A stretch of DNA of 64,000 nucleotides. Origin: Tubiluchus corallicola (taxonomy: Eukaryota; Animalia; Priapulida). The stretch is taken from contig JAQGDQ010000642.1 of NCBI GenBank assembly GCA_030141605.1, positions 1 to 64,000 on the forward strand. Direction: 5' to 3'. Shown here piece after piece: positions 28,301-58,159 of this stretch; the first letter of the stretch is position 1, and each line of letters begins with the position of its first letter. The translations under genes were made by a program, and so were the position numbers. The notes below the pieces were generated by a model, which did no database searches, had not been told where the DNA came from, and saw only the letters and a list, made by a program, of their open reading frames with translations.

Positions 28301-28930
28301 GAATGTTGGTATTTGCCACATTAGTTTTATATATTAATGTTGTAACGGCTTTTCTAGTTTACGCCAATGAAGATGGAGTCGTACCACTGTCACAACTACC
28401 AAGCACCACTGTAGTCAAGAACCCAGACACACAAGACAAAATATGTATGAACACCGTAGCGTTCGCTCTAGGTAAGTTTCTAAAATATCCTAAAGTCATT
28501 TTGTGTGTCAGGTTACTTATCCAACACCAAATTTCTGATAGCTTGATAACAGATGGCGCTCGACTTGCACTTGTTAATAAAATACTTATTTCACAAAGTA
28601 CCCAAACTATTTAGAAAATAATTATTGCACTTATAACGTAACATATTATAGCTCTATAATTGAAAACTAAAAGCTTAATTACTGCATTATTGCTTATAAA
28701 AGGACTGTTTAATCTTTAACGTAGCGAATACATTTATATCGACTCCGAAATGTCGACTCAAAAACACTGATGTATGTTTATTTTGAAATTTGTTTATTTT
28801 TTCAGCTATTGCATTGTTTGCCGGTATTTTCTTGTTGTCAACGGTGATTAGCGCTTTCCTGTGTGCCAGGTCACGATCCAGGAAGGGATCAGAATTCAGT
28901 TCAACATACGACAACCCAAGCTACCAATAA
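19341..28930 (+). CDS. ZP-domain type-I membrane protein (cuticlin/dusky-like), spliced gene model, 381 aa
   Basis: join(19341-19367,20124-20157,23508-23698,24268-24407,25374-25528,26727-26962,27795-27918,28358-28471,28806-28930) = 1146 nt. All introns are GT-AG with matching phases. Signal peptide MYSFLLLAALVAVANC, ZP cysteine pattern (VEC..FNGRVY..GC; IIDDEGC..HKFP..VYYQCNVKLC), RKKR, TM helix, short tail. Confidence 0.9.
19406..19863. repeat. 115-bp tandem repeat x4 in a ZP intron
   Basis: Units start at 19406, 19521, 19636 and 19751. Confidence 0.95.
20124..20157 (+). CDS. ZP gene coding exon 2 (LVAVANCQEMT)
   Basis: Polypyrimidine-tag acceptor, GTAAGT donor; completes the signal peptide; phase 0 to 1. 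Confidence 0.8.
20380..20590 (-). mobile_element. Possible decayed Gypsy integrase zinc-binding region
   Basis: GCLLIP...RESLKLMKDYHTARTCG*CIDFEFTLKR resembles GRLLIP..R..L..YH....GH.G...TL.R. Confidence 0.3.
22765..23397 (+). mobile_element. Kolobok-like MITE, family A
   Basis: Starts AGGACAAGAAAAGGGG; colinear with 27025-27699. Confidence 0.75.
23508..23698 (+). CDS. ZP gene coding exon 3 (start of ZP-N)
   Basis: GVPEVECRSESMVIRADFASGFNGRVYPKG...FGCATILANPQ; donor GTAAGA. Confidence 0.92.
23731..23945 (+). repeat. Dispersed repeat (probably a LINE 3' UTR), second copy at 60850-61043
   Basis: Shared ATCGTATCTATTGTATGGGTTTTGTAAATT...ATAAATAAAGTT. Confidence 0.75.
24268..24407 (+). CDS. ZP gene coding exon 4 (end of ZP-N)
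   Basis: AVDSQEYTNIIVFQRHPMLVTGSDLAYRVHCNYELGEKTVASDVTV; tttgcag / GTAAGA. Confidence 0.92.
24626..25324 (+). pseudogene. Duplicated ZP exon 5a, interrupted by a LINE fragment
   Basis: 24626-24742 plus 25287-25324 = 155 nt, an ungapped paralogue of exon 25374-25528 with its own tttacag acceptor and GTATGG donor in the same phases. Confidence 0.85.
24743..25286 (+). mobile_element. 5'-truncated CR1/L2-group LINE fragment inside duplicated exon 5a
   Basis: IRTNAHYEMNSIIKQAILLWNSLPLQVKQIRFLSAFKTKLKALF* (WNSLP...FK.KLK ORF2 end), 3' UTR and (TACTA/TA)n tail; short TAGT-type duplication at the junctions. Confidence 0.8.
25374..25528 (+). CDS. ZP gene coding exon 5 (5b; linker and start of ZP-C)
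   Basis: MVSTTVLPSAAPLLPDCFLRIKLGDSPDDPVVTTSVSLGTPLTFVIEMGAS; phase 2 to 1. Confidence 0.9.
26178..26642. mobile_element. Kolobok-like MITE, family B
   Basis: Inverted homologue at 32001-32464; terminal repeats related to TTAA-AGGACAAGAAAA. Confidence 0.75.
26727..26962 (+). CDS. ZP gene coding exon 6 (ZP-C)
   Basis: DVYGFTVNTCFAHDG...IIDDEGCATDP...AHKFPTANQVYYQCNVKLCLHDQCEA; tttcag / GTAAGT. Confidence 0.95.
27025..27699 (+). mobile_element. Kolobok-like MITE, family A, full length
   Basis: TTAA-AGGACAAGAAAA ... TTTTCTAGTGCT-TTAA. Confidence 0.8.
27795..27918 (+). CDS. ZP gene coding exon 7 (furin site)
   Basis: PVCPSNGRKKRQALAG...LIVRDVLIIGDFDDNE. Confidence 0.88.
28358..28471 (+). CDS. 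ZP gene coding exon 8
   Basis: VYANEDGVVPL...DKICMNTVAFAL; donor GTAAGT, phase 1. Confidence 0.85.
28806..28930 (+). CDS. ZP gene last coding exon (TM helix and cytoplasmic tail)
   Basis: AIALFAGIFLLSTVISAFLCARSRSRKGSEFSSTYDNPSYQ*. Confidence 0.9.
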
Positions 28931-30301
28931 ACAATCTCAGAACAGTACTTATTACCTGCTTATAAAAAAAGTATTTCCGTGCGAACAAAATGCTTCTGTT
29001 TACGGGAAGCGTTTCGTTTGCTCAGCAAAGACAAAATGCAAACTTCTCAAAATCTGCTTCTACTTTACGAATTTTGGCGAGAAGAAAAATATCTTGATGG
29101 CTTTGAAGGAAGAAGTATTCTTACTTGTAGTGTCCAGCTACTAGCTACTTATTCTGTGATCTAGTGGACTGTGTCCACATGTTAACCGCATTTTGTATAG
29201 ATTAATTTTATAAGCCCTATGAGGCAGCTATTGTGAGACATTTTGGGGTGTTGCATGTCATATTTTTCGCTATACATAAGACACTCGTCATACAGTGATT
29301 GCATTGTTGATTATTGAACGAAAATCAGTTCCAAGTAGTTCGTTCAATAGCTCTGAATTTATGTATAATGAGATGTATGATGTTTTATAAAGAACGGCTT
29401 TTGCATTGTGCACTCATTAGACAGGAGGGCCTAATCATGAATACGTATGATTAGAACTGCAAATGAAGCTAAAGTCTGCACGTTCTTTTTACCAAACACT
29501 TTCGTGTATCTTTGTACATAGCTCTGAAAATGTCATTCTCAAATGTAAATATTGCATTTAGAAGGACTATATTATTATTATTATGGATCTCCATAGCGCA
29601 TGTGCACGCACGTTTGTCTTAGTGATGTGATAATTTTGTTAATGGTTCAATATTGTGTGCTGTTGTTGTATTATGCAAATGCGTGCAAGCAACGTGGTTG
29701 AATTTCCCTTTCAATAATTTACTTACATCTGCTAACGTGTAGCAATCTCATAATACTTAATAATACTGATTAAGAAAGCTTTAACACAGTAGAAAAAGGG
29801 GTGACAAAAATCAAAAAATGCCATGAATTTTGCACATGCAATGAAGCTGAACGTCTAACGACACTAATTACATAGTAAATTATTAATTATTTTTGCTCAT
29901 CTGGCATTTCAGTGCCAAATCGTGAAAAAAATTATTATAATTATTGTTTGACTGACATTTCAGCGTGTCTTGAGCAATACATTTGTATATAATAATAATA
30001 ATTTTGTAGTACGATAATAATTGGTTGTTGTATAGTGAAGAGTAGCGAATCAATATCAAAGATGTGTGCGAGCGCTAAACTTACCGTTGTTGAAGTCAAT
30101 CCGTAGCAAGAGAAAGACTTGTAAAATAATAAAGAGGAATAGTAACATACTGTGCATATGCATGCCATAATGAGATTATTAAACCACACTGTCTGGTTTA
30201 TTCTATGTATATGTAAGTATGATTAATAGAGTTTATTTTTGTGTAATATATCACATGGGAAAATGAACATGTGTGTATATAAGGTTTGTGATGTTCCCAG
30301 A

Positions 30302-30307
30302 AATAAA
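30302..30307 (+). terminator. Candidate polyadenylation signal of the ZP gene
   Basis: AATAAA about 1.4 kb after the stop, followed by T/GT-rich sequence; other AATAAA hexamers occur earlier. Confidence 0.35.
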
Positions 30308-30709
30308 CATTTTTTATTTCTGTAACCCCAGGTGTTTGCGTTATCATTTTCTAACAGTCATAGACTTGATTGAACACTAAGTTTTTAACACTAAAGTAAT
30401 CAAAGGCATCAGTCTTCTGCATTATTATTACTGTTATTATTATTATTATCATCATCATCATCATCACCACCATCATCATCATCATCATCACCACCACAAT
30501 CATCATCATCATCATTATTATTACAATGTAGCTACAACTGAGCCATAGCAAATTCTCGAATAACTGGCAAAGGAAAAAGATTTCTGCCAAAAAACAATAT
30601 TAATATAAGCAATACTTCAATTTCGAATGGGAAGTGAAATTAAAAGTAGAAAGCAACTAGCAATGCATGCTTTTCATCAGCACAAGAATGTGTTAACTAG
30701 CAAGAAATT

Positions 30710-31520
30710 AAGTCTGGATAATACTTACGTTACCAGCATATTTATGTACAAGTTTGACACATGATTAACGATTACTCAAGAAAAGCAGGTTGACACATTT
30801 CATAGAAGTCTTTTTAGGAAAGATTTAACGATAAGATGGCCATACATAATCAAAAATAAAGATTTATACACCAGAACAAAAGAAATTTATTGGAGTTCAA
30901 AAGTCAAGATCCAAAGATTAAGATGGTTAGGACATCTTCCAAGATTACCAAATGAAGCACCAGTAAGAATCGCCTTAAAAGAAGCCTTAAAACCTTCGAA
31001 AAAACCACCTGGTAAACCTAAAGCAACTTGGATAGCTAAGATAAATAAAGATGTTCAACAACTTCAACCAAGTCTATCTTTAGGAGTAGAAGAACTTATG
31101 ACAAATAAATCAGTCATTTGCAAACTTTCAACAGATATATGTAAGTTTTATAATGCAAAAAATTCAGTGCGCTTATTACGAGACTACAGTGTCCTTGCCA
31201 CGAAATGCCAGGCCCAAGTTTGGCTGATTTGACGTCGGTGACCTTGGAAATATAATGCCAAGCATTCAGACTGAAACGCTCGATGCACCTGAGACGTAGT
31301 ATTACTGTTATCAAAAACGTCATGCCGTGACCAACACACAAGAAATCAGTATGGTCTCAAAAAACGCACACAGCCATTCATACATTTCGCCAGAAATTTC
31401 ACTTGCTATTGCACCACACAATGCTAATGCACATTTTTACTGCACTTCAACCAAATCTATCTTTAGAAGTAGAAGAACTTACGCTGTTAGCTGCAGACAG
31501 AAGTAGGTGGAACACTCTGA
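30710..31520 (+). mobile_element. RTE-like LINE 3' ORF fragment (related to 2570-3345), interrupted at about 31099-31444
   Basis: KIQRLRWLGHLPRLPNEAPVRIALKEALKPSKKPPGKPKATWIAKINKD...LAADRSRWN. Confidence 0.75.
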
Positions 31521-32000
31521 CAAGTGAAGAAAGATATAAAAGTACAATTTAATCATAATTATGCCCAACTATATATAACTATTTTACAGGTAAGGGCTTA
31601 AATAAAAAAGGATTTGTCACATATCTTCATTCTGATGGAGTTTGTCATCAGAGATTCAGTGGACAGGTTGCCTTCTTCACTGCGAGCGCCACCTGCAGGC
31701 AAACTTGGAAAACTTCACATTATGTATGTTTCCAGTTTTGCCCGTGGTGTGGCCTAGTGTGTAACACACCGAAAATGCAAAAACATTACAACTAAATATT
31801 AAATCGCTTTCGTGAAATGTGAAAAAAATACAATAACGCAGCAATAATGACTAATCTTGTATTTTCAACATTATTAGCAGTATACAAGCACTCACAATTC
31901 TTTTGTGGCTCCTACAAAATCTACAGAGCTTAATCAGTAGGGACAGAAACTTCGATCTACAATATTTCACAGAAAAGGATGTCTTTAAACACTAGTTAAC

Positions 32001-32464
32001 TTACAGGACAAGAAAATGGACAACCAAAGTAAGCCTCGGAAAATTCGCAATAAAAAGTTATATCACCTAAGTATAATCTTAAGCGAGTAAAGTACTCACG
32101 TTTTCGCATTTACACCAATTATTGTAAAATATTTCAATCGCTGCAGTAAATGTTGGTGCAGACATGTTTTATTTAGTCCGCCAATTGAAAAGCCAGCATG
32201 TGCCTGATCACGCGGCATGACCTCACTCGAACACAGTCGCAGCAAGTTCTGAGCACGTGTACTATAAAGATTTGTGTTGGGGTTCTGTAACGCCATCTAA
32301 TATGGCGCCGCCGTGACAGTCTTGCGGGAGTATTTGAAATAAAACAAACAGGAAATTCTTTTAACGTAAGTACGACAAACACTTAAGATTGCCTCTAACC
32401 TTTATAATTCTTTAGCAAAAATTTTCTGAGGCTTGCTTTAACTAGGCCTTTTGCTGTCCTTTAA
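32001..32464. mobile_element. Kolobok-like MITE, family B
   Basis: AGGACAAGAAAA ... TTTTGCTGTCCT-TTAA; reverse complement of 26178-26642. Confidence 0.75.
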
Positions 32465-33527
32465 CCTTATTGATAATTACTCATGTGAAAAGCATTATAA
32501 CTTTGCAGACGTTCTCCAACAAAACAATACAAGGCAACAATGAGGACAAATAACTTTTTAATTCATTGCAAATTTGTTAAACGTTTACTTTGGGCCAAAC
32601 TGAGTAAAATATAGCACAGGCAAACTCGATTCACTAATCAAGAATGCAAATACTTTCAACTGTAAAAACTAAAACAGGGTAATGCAGTTTTGAATAATGT
32701 CAACAATTTTAATTCCACAAAGGTGATAAACTGGTTTAACCGATTACTTAGCTAACAATGACTAAGAAATCAAAAGGAGTAGGACTGATTGTAGAGCATT
32801 ACTTCAAGTTCAGAAACAATTATAACTCAAGTTCAAAAAGCATTATAACTAAAGCTCTGAGAGCATTATCTGGCAACACTATTAGCATTATACATTCATT
32901 AAATTTGTAAATGTATGATAATAATGAAATCGCTACAACAACATGATATAAAACACGTGTATTTTACTTTTAATGTAGAAAAACGAGAAATTTACTTGTC
33001 ATATTGAAAAACTTTTCCAAAAAACAGCATAACTATAACGACTGTAGTGTGTACATACTTGTTTTAAATGAAATTAAAAATAAGTTTCAATTAATTTAAT
33101 CATGCCATTACCATGCAGCTATACTTAGTTCTAATCACATAATCGATATGCAAATACTGACTTGCTCTCGATTACGTACGGCAACTTTTCGGACCAGTAC
33201 AGAAAAGGCAGTGGCTACAATCTAATTACGATAATACCAATATTGCTCTACTAGCGCCAAGCAGTGTTTAATATTACATTGTATTCATGAGCAAAAGTTA
33301 CAATGTTTGAAGTTTTTAGGCAAATATCAAAGGTATAATAATTGAAAATGCTGGAGGTCAGATCTTAAGTCAGTGTCAGTGTACGTTTTATACTTACGTC
33401 GATTGTAGCTTATTACAGAAAAGTATTTATATCTTAAACTAAATTGCTGCGCTTATAAAAGTTTGCAATTAACTTACATATAAATATTTGATTCTATCAG
33501 TAAAATTCGCTAATATTTTTTCCATAA

Positions 33528-34564
33528 ACAGTACAACATGTGCATCCTACAGCCCTGGAAGCTGCACAGTACAACATGTGCATCCTACAACCCTGCAAGC
33601 TGCACAGTACAACATGTGCATCCTACAGCCCTGCAAGCTGCACAGTACAACGTGTGCATCCTACAGCCCTGCAAGCTGCACAGTACATGTGCATCCTACA
33701 GCCTTGCAAGCTCCACAGTACATGTGCATCCTACAGCCTAGCAAGCTGCACAGTACAACATGTGCATCCTACAGCCCTGCAAGCTGCACAGTAAACATGT
33801 GCATCCTACAGCCCTGCAAGCTGCACAGTACATGTGCATCCTACAGCCTTGCAAGCTGCACCGTACAACATGTGCATCCTACAGCCCTGCAAGCTGCACC
33901 ATACAACATGTGCATCCTACAGCTCTGCAAGCTGCACAGTACAACGTGTGCATCCTGCAGCCCTGCAAGCTGCACAGTACAACATGTGCATCCTACAGCC
34001 CTGCAAGCTGCACAGTACAATGTGTGCACCCTGCAGCCCTGCAAGCTGCACAGTACAACATGTGCATCCTACAGCCTTGCAAGCTCCACAGTACATATGC
34101 ATCCTACAGCCTTGCAAGCTCCACAGTACATGTGCATCCTACAGCCTTGCAAGCTCCACAGAACATGTGCATCCTACAGCCCTGCAAGCTGCACAGTACA
34201 ACGTGTGCATCCTACAGCCCTACAAGCTGCACCGTACAACATGTGCATCCTACAGCTCTGCAAGCTGCACAGTACAACGTGTGCATCCTACAGCCCAGCA
34301 AACTGCACGGTACGTGTGCATCCTGCAGGCCTGCAAGCTGCACAGTACAACGTGTGCATCCTACAGCCCAGCAAACTGCACGGTACGTGTGCATCCTGCA
34401 GCCCTGCAAACTGCACAGTACATGGGCACCCTACAACCCTGCAAGCTGCACAGTACATGTGCATCCTACAACCCTGCAAGCTGTACAGTACAACGTGTGC
34501 ATCCTACAACCCTGCAAGCTGCACAGTACACCGTGTGCATCCTACAGCCCTGCAAGCTGCACAG
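33528..34564. repeat. 35/38-bp minisatellite, about 28 copies
   Basis: Unit ACAGTAC(AAC)ATGTGCATCCTACAGCCCTGCAAGCTGC. Confidence 0.97.
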
Positions 34565-34991
34565 CTTGAACCAAGAGTGCTGTACAAAGATACATCGTGT
34601 AACAGGAAATATATACAAACACTACTAGCTACTTCAACTATATAAGATCATTTACAATTTAAACATTATGATAATAATACACAACGTACGAATCTAAAAT
34701 TGCTTAATTAACATTTTAAAATCTTTATCTATAATGGTTCTATATATATACTGAAAAACTTCAAAAAATTACATGCTTTGCATAACACGGACACTGTAAT
34801 AATGCGTCGACAGAGAGTTAGGTATATCTCCGCAACTCGCGTTTAATTTATTTACACAACAAACAATCAACGATTTTTATATGAAACTATATCAGCCTTC
34901 GTTAATGTCTTGAACACTGCAGATTTTGCACACTTATTATCAGCATGCCATTTAAAATCCATGACAAAGTACGAAACAAAATCATCGCAAA

Positions 34992-35198
34992 CAAAAAAAA
35001 AACATTAATTTCCATTATTAAAAAATTGTTCCATGAAATTGCATCTATAAATGTTGAAAAAAAAAGAAACATTAACTTCCATTATTAAAAAAATCGTTCC
35101 ATAAAATTGCATCTATAAATGTTGAAAACAAAAAAGAAACATTAACTTCCATTATTAAAAAAATTGTTCCATAAAATTGCATCTATAAATGTTGAAAA
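34992..35198. repeat. About 65-bp AT-rich tandem repeat x3
   Basis: AAACATTAACTTCCATTATTAAAAAA...GCATCTATAAATGTTGAAAA. Confidence 0.85.
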
Positions 35199-35734
35199 CT
35201 GCTGCATAATCATAATTAAAAACAAAATAATCTTAACACAGCACAATTCTACTACGTTAAAATAAAATCTAAAATCGACCAGCATGAAATTTCGCAGTTG
35301 CCTAATCTAAATACTACTAACGCCGACTGTAACTCACACTAATCATTAGTAATATATTGTAATTTTTCTCGTGACTAATTCTAGCGGCCTAGCATAAGCT
35401 GGCTTCTTAGGTCTCTAGCGCAGAATCCATGAATTACATCCTAATTTTGTATTAACAACTGGTTATTAATGTACTTGTAATGCCCATGTATGTGTTATTG
35501 CGAAATAAATCTATTGAATTGAAAAACAATTGAAAATGAATAATTGCCTAATCTGATAATTTCACATAGGACCTAAACTCGGTGATGCTAGCTGTAACAA
35601 AAATGAAAAAACGAAGAAAAGTATAATGATAAAACTAACATTCTCAGTAAAATAGTTTACTACAAGGTTACAGAAAATTTTCAATAATGGCAACAATCTC
35701 AACAAGCAAAGAATTCTACTTTCCGCCAAAGACA

Positions 35735-35820
35735 CCCGAGAATTTTCCAAGTCGGGTTTGAACCCACGCCTTAGGTTTGCCGTTTCCACACGTCACGGCC
35801 AATTGAGCTATCAAAGTCAC
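35735..35820 (-). mobile_element. tRNA-derived SINE head
   Basis: Minus strand TAGCTCAATTGG (A box) ... GGGTTCAAACCC (B box); no complete cloverleaf. Confidence 0.5.
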
Positions 35821-35977
35821 TCGTCAAAAACCTACGATGCTCAGCCTCTAAACTTGTCAAGAGAAACAGCTTAGAAGTTAATTAGCATACATGTACTGAC
35901 TGAGTTTTCACTGCCTGCCAACTAATAACATCATTTTGCCAATGCCTCCTATAAATACATCAGACTCTTTCAAAATA

Positions 35978-36457
35978 CAGTCAACCTCGCATATAAGAGA
36001 CACCTCTGGACCGAAAAAAATCGTCCCTTATATCCAATATCCCTTATAGCCGAAGTTGAGTCAGACCGAGGGTGTATCTAGACCTGCGAGCTCTATATAC
36101 CTCATCTGGTAGCCTAATGCTCAATGAACCGTTTGTTGCAATGCATGTAATATACCGATTTAATGTAAACACATCCAGTCAGCCCCGCACGTGGTCTCGG
36201 CATGCACTTTTTAGGATGCAAAAATATTTGATCATAGGATCCCTTATATGCGAGGTAATTTACCTCGGTTTCTATTACGCGGGACTGGAAGATATCAACC
36301 CTTATAACTGAATGTCTCTTATAACCGAGTACGATAGATTATATGCGAAGATTTTTACACAGGAAATTTTTACATACGAAAAATCGGGACCGGTGCTGGT
36401 GGTCCCTTATAAGCGAATGTCCTTTATAAGTGAGTACCTTATACCCGAGGTTGACTG
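35978..36457. mobile_element. Tc1/pogo-like MITE, family D
   Basis: TA-CAGTCAACCTCG ... CGAGGTTGACTG-TA; second copy at 54810-55287. Confidence 0.85.
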
Positions 36458-36943
36458 TAATATGCTATTATCGTATCTCAACACAGCATTTTGGAGCCGA
36501 TCACAGGTATAACGACTATGAACTTACAAACCTATTAAAACCAGAATAATTGAAAAACTTTTAAAGTTTTAACTTTTAAATTCAACTGTCTCAAACCACG
36601 TAATAAAAATCTCGCGAGACAAAAGCAAATGACAGCAGCTAATTTGTTAATCAAGACACAATCACATCATTGCTAGTGATCAATCTGTAAGAATAAATAT
36701 ATTCTAGTTATAGACACGAGCTAATTTCCTACGTTCGAGAACACAAGCTAATTCAATTCACAGGAGGGTACAGTCCAGCCCCATCCCACAACAAATAAAC
36801 AAACACAGATATGTTTTAAGACATTGTTTCACTTAACTGTTAGACTGATAAAATAACATACTGATCCTAGGACACACTTACAGACCTTTCAGATCTTGTA
36901 ATGAATGGCTTTCTTACTTGATGAACTATCGATATACAAAGTG

Positions 36944-37486
36944 CGGTGGCGGCTCGTAGCTAAAATGTCGTAGCTTCAGAAAATTTTTAGCCATTGTTTT
37001 AATACTGTGTAAAACGAAACAAACATATGGAATTTTAGTGTTGTAATGTGCAATTGTAATTCTAAACAAACGAACATACAGATATTTATATATAAACTTA
37101 ATAAAATCCTAAATCAAAATTTTTTTACTTATGAATAGCGTAAATTGCCGGAGTTCAACAATATGTCGGTAAGTTTAACGTATTTAAGCAGATGACAACT
37201 GACAAAAAACTGAGTGAGCGACAGTACTTTCTCTACCTAGCAGCAGACACTAGCACGGCAGCATACAGCGTGTTATCTCAGATGTTTGCATGGCCGCATG
37301 CGCACAATAGCCAAACACACCACTGGGCTGTGAAGCAAACAGCACTACCCTCACGTGCTCTGGTTCCGTACAAGTATAAAGAAAGAACTAAAGAAAAAAG
37401 ACTTGCAATTTTGAATATTATCGATAATATCGAGTGAAAATAGGGGGTGCTGCAGTTCCACAGTACCTACACACGAGTCGTTACTG
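36944..37486. mobile_element. hAT-like non-autonomous element
   Basis: 8-bp TSD ACAAAGTG (36936-36943, 37487-37494); imperfect TIRs CGGTGGCGGCTCGT / ACGAGTCGTTACTG. Confidence 0.75.
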
Positions 37487-38213
37487 ACAAAGTGCTAAGT
37501 GGTTTATGCGTAACTTTGATTACAACTATTGTAGTAAGCTGCACGTCTGTCTGCTTATTATGCACCTAACTACTGATAATGTTGTTCAGTTTATCTTACT
37601 TAATAACTGTTATTATTTTCAATCAATTTAAAGTTGTAAAATGATACCGGGTCCATCTACGGATCCTGGGTGATTTTTTAACCCTGCTCCTCTTAAAAGT
37701 AGAATCTGGTTATATGGCCAAGTCAAACCATCCATAAATTTGACTGCATCTTACCTTATTCCTAATTATTCAAATCTCTATTTACAACAAATCCAGTAAC
37801 GAGGAAAAAAGAAGATAAAAGACGTAATTTTAATTTACAGATAGTTAGCACAATAGACTATTTATCCACTGTAGTGTTTACTAACTTCAAATAGTACATT
37901 GTACTAACATTGTAACTATTTATAAAACATTAATTTTTTATGTTTAACCTAGACTAAATAGTGCTTTGGTCTGTGAATTTAATAACTAGTATGATTTTGC
38001 TAGCGGACAATGAACTGCGTTTGTTCCTCACACTGACAGACGCTTGTTCCTCAAACTTGTATAATGAATAACATGGTCAGTAAACTGTAATCTGATCTAA
38101 GCAACTTTTGTCTTCCTAGCTAAAATTATTTTACCAAAAGGGACGATCTGCCTCCTCAAAAGTAAATTTATGTAACTAACCAACTTTAGTAAAGTAAACA
38201 GGTTTACAGAGGC

Positions 38214-39394
38214 CGGGGATGTTACCGAAAATGAATTTACAAACCAAAAACGAAACTGAAATTCATGAAACGTAGGAAGCCGATAGCGAAACGAAACTGA
38301 ACCGAAATCAGTTTTGCAAAACCAACTGCCATTAAAACCAAAAAAAGAAAATTCTAAAATGAGTAAACTATTTTGTTTTTTGTTTGTTTTTATTTGCTGT
38401 ATTGCAAAATTACTGATAAAAATACTAATATAGAAAGGACAAAAAAGTTTTATATTATAACACAGCAAGTTTGATGGAGTGGCTTATCTTAGAAAATGTG
38501 TTATAATATTTTTGGATTTAAGTATACTTAATAATTAATGTTTACAGATCATAATGCTTTACCAAAAATACACAAATTTTGTTTTGTAGATGTTTTGTTG
38601 CCTATATTTCATAAATTATAAAATTAAACACGATTCTGCTCAAGTAAATTCAAACATGATTTGATATTTCGGTTGATTGGGCCTGGAGACAATAAAACTT
38701 CACACTTCACAATCTGAACAAACTTAAGGTTGCTCATAATAAATCAACGCGAAAATTTTTCAATTATCAGTTCGATCACAGTGCCAAGGACATTTTTGTG
38801 ATGCATAAATTAGTGTACTTTGATGTTATTTACAGGAAAAGCATTTACAGTCTGATACTAGAATTTCAAACAGTAAAAACTTGTTACGTAGAACGATATT
38901 CGGTAGTGATACTTTATTTACTTCCAGTATAAGAAAGATTTGGAGAACGAAATTGTATGCTTAATTTCTACATTGTTGATATTCATTGATATAATGATTG
39001 AAGCCAATGCGAAATGTTATTATTATTATTATTATTATTATTATGTGTAATGTTGTTTTGTGTTGTGTTTACTTTGTGTTGTTTATTTACTTGTATGTTT
39101 GTTGTATATAAATATATATATATATATATATGAAACTTTGAAATAAATAAGTAAAAAATCAAATCAGCACTGAAGATATGCCACATTGCCGGTAAAATCA
39201 TGTCAACAACTGTTATGCAAACGAAGCTTTCACTAATTTAGCCAAGATTTTTCAGCGGTTTTTGACATCCAAGAGAAAAGGAAAGGTAAATTGGATAAAT
39301 CTCAGTAAGACCTCGGAAAAATGCCACCGAAACTTAATCGAAGGTGCAATTATTCCCAAACCGAAATAAAAATTCCATTTCGCTAACATCCCCG
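38214..39394. mobile_element. hAT-like non-autonomous element just 3' of the CTDSPL2 stop
   Basis: TIRs CGGGGATGTTACCGAAAATGAATTT / AAATTCCATTTCGCTAACATCCCCG; TSD ACAGAGGC / ACAGAGAC. Confidence 0.8.
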
Positions 39395-39588
39395 ACAGAG
39401 ACATTTAAGCTTGTAGAGAAAGAACACCTTTTGTCTCGCACAGACAATCTTTCCCCAACAATAATCTGCAGTGCTCAAGCATAACATTTCAACAATAAAC
39501 AACAATATTCATGCCTATACAACATTAGCAAGATGAAGTACGTCTATTGTGATATAAATGTTCCACTTATCTACCGCACCCGAGGAAT

Positions 39589-58159
<18,571 letters not shown>

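Noticed and set aside
33488-34645. 385-aa Cys/His-rich ORF and overlapping ORFs
   Set aside because: They arise from a 35/38-bp minisatellite that almost lacks stops in all three frames; the peptide cycles through frames and the longest ORF starts at TTG.
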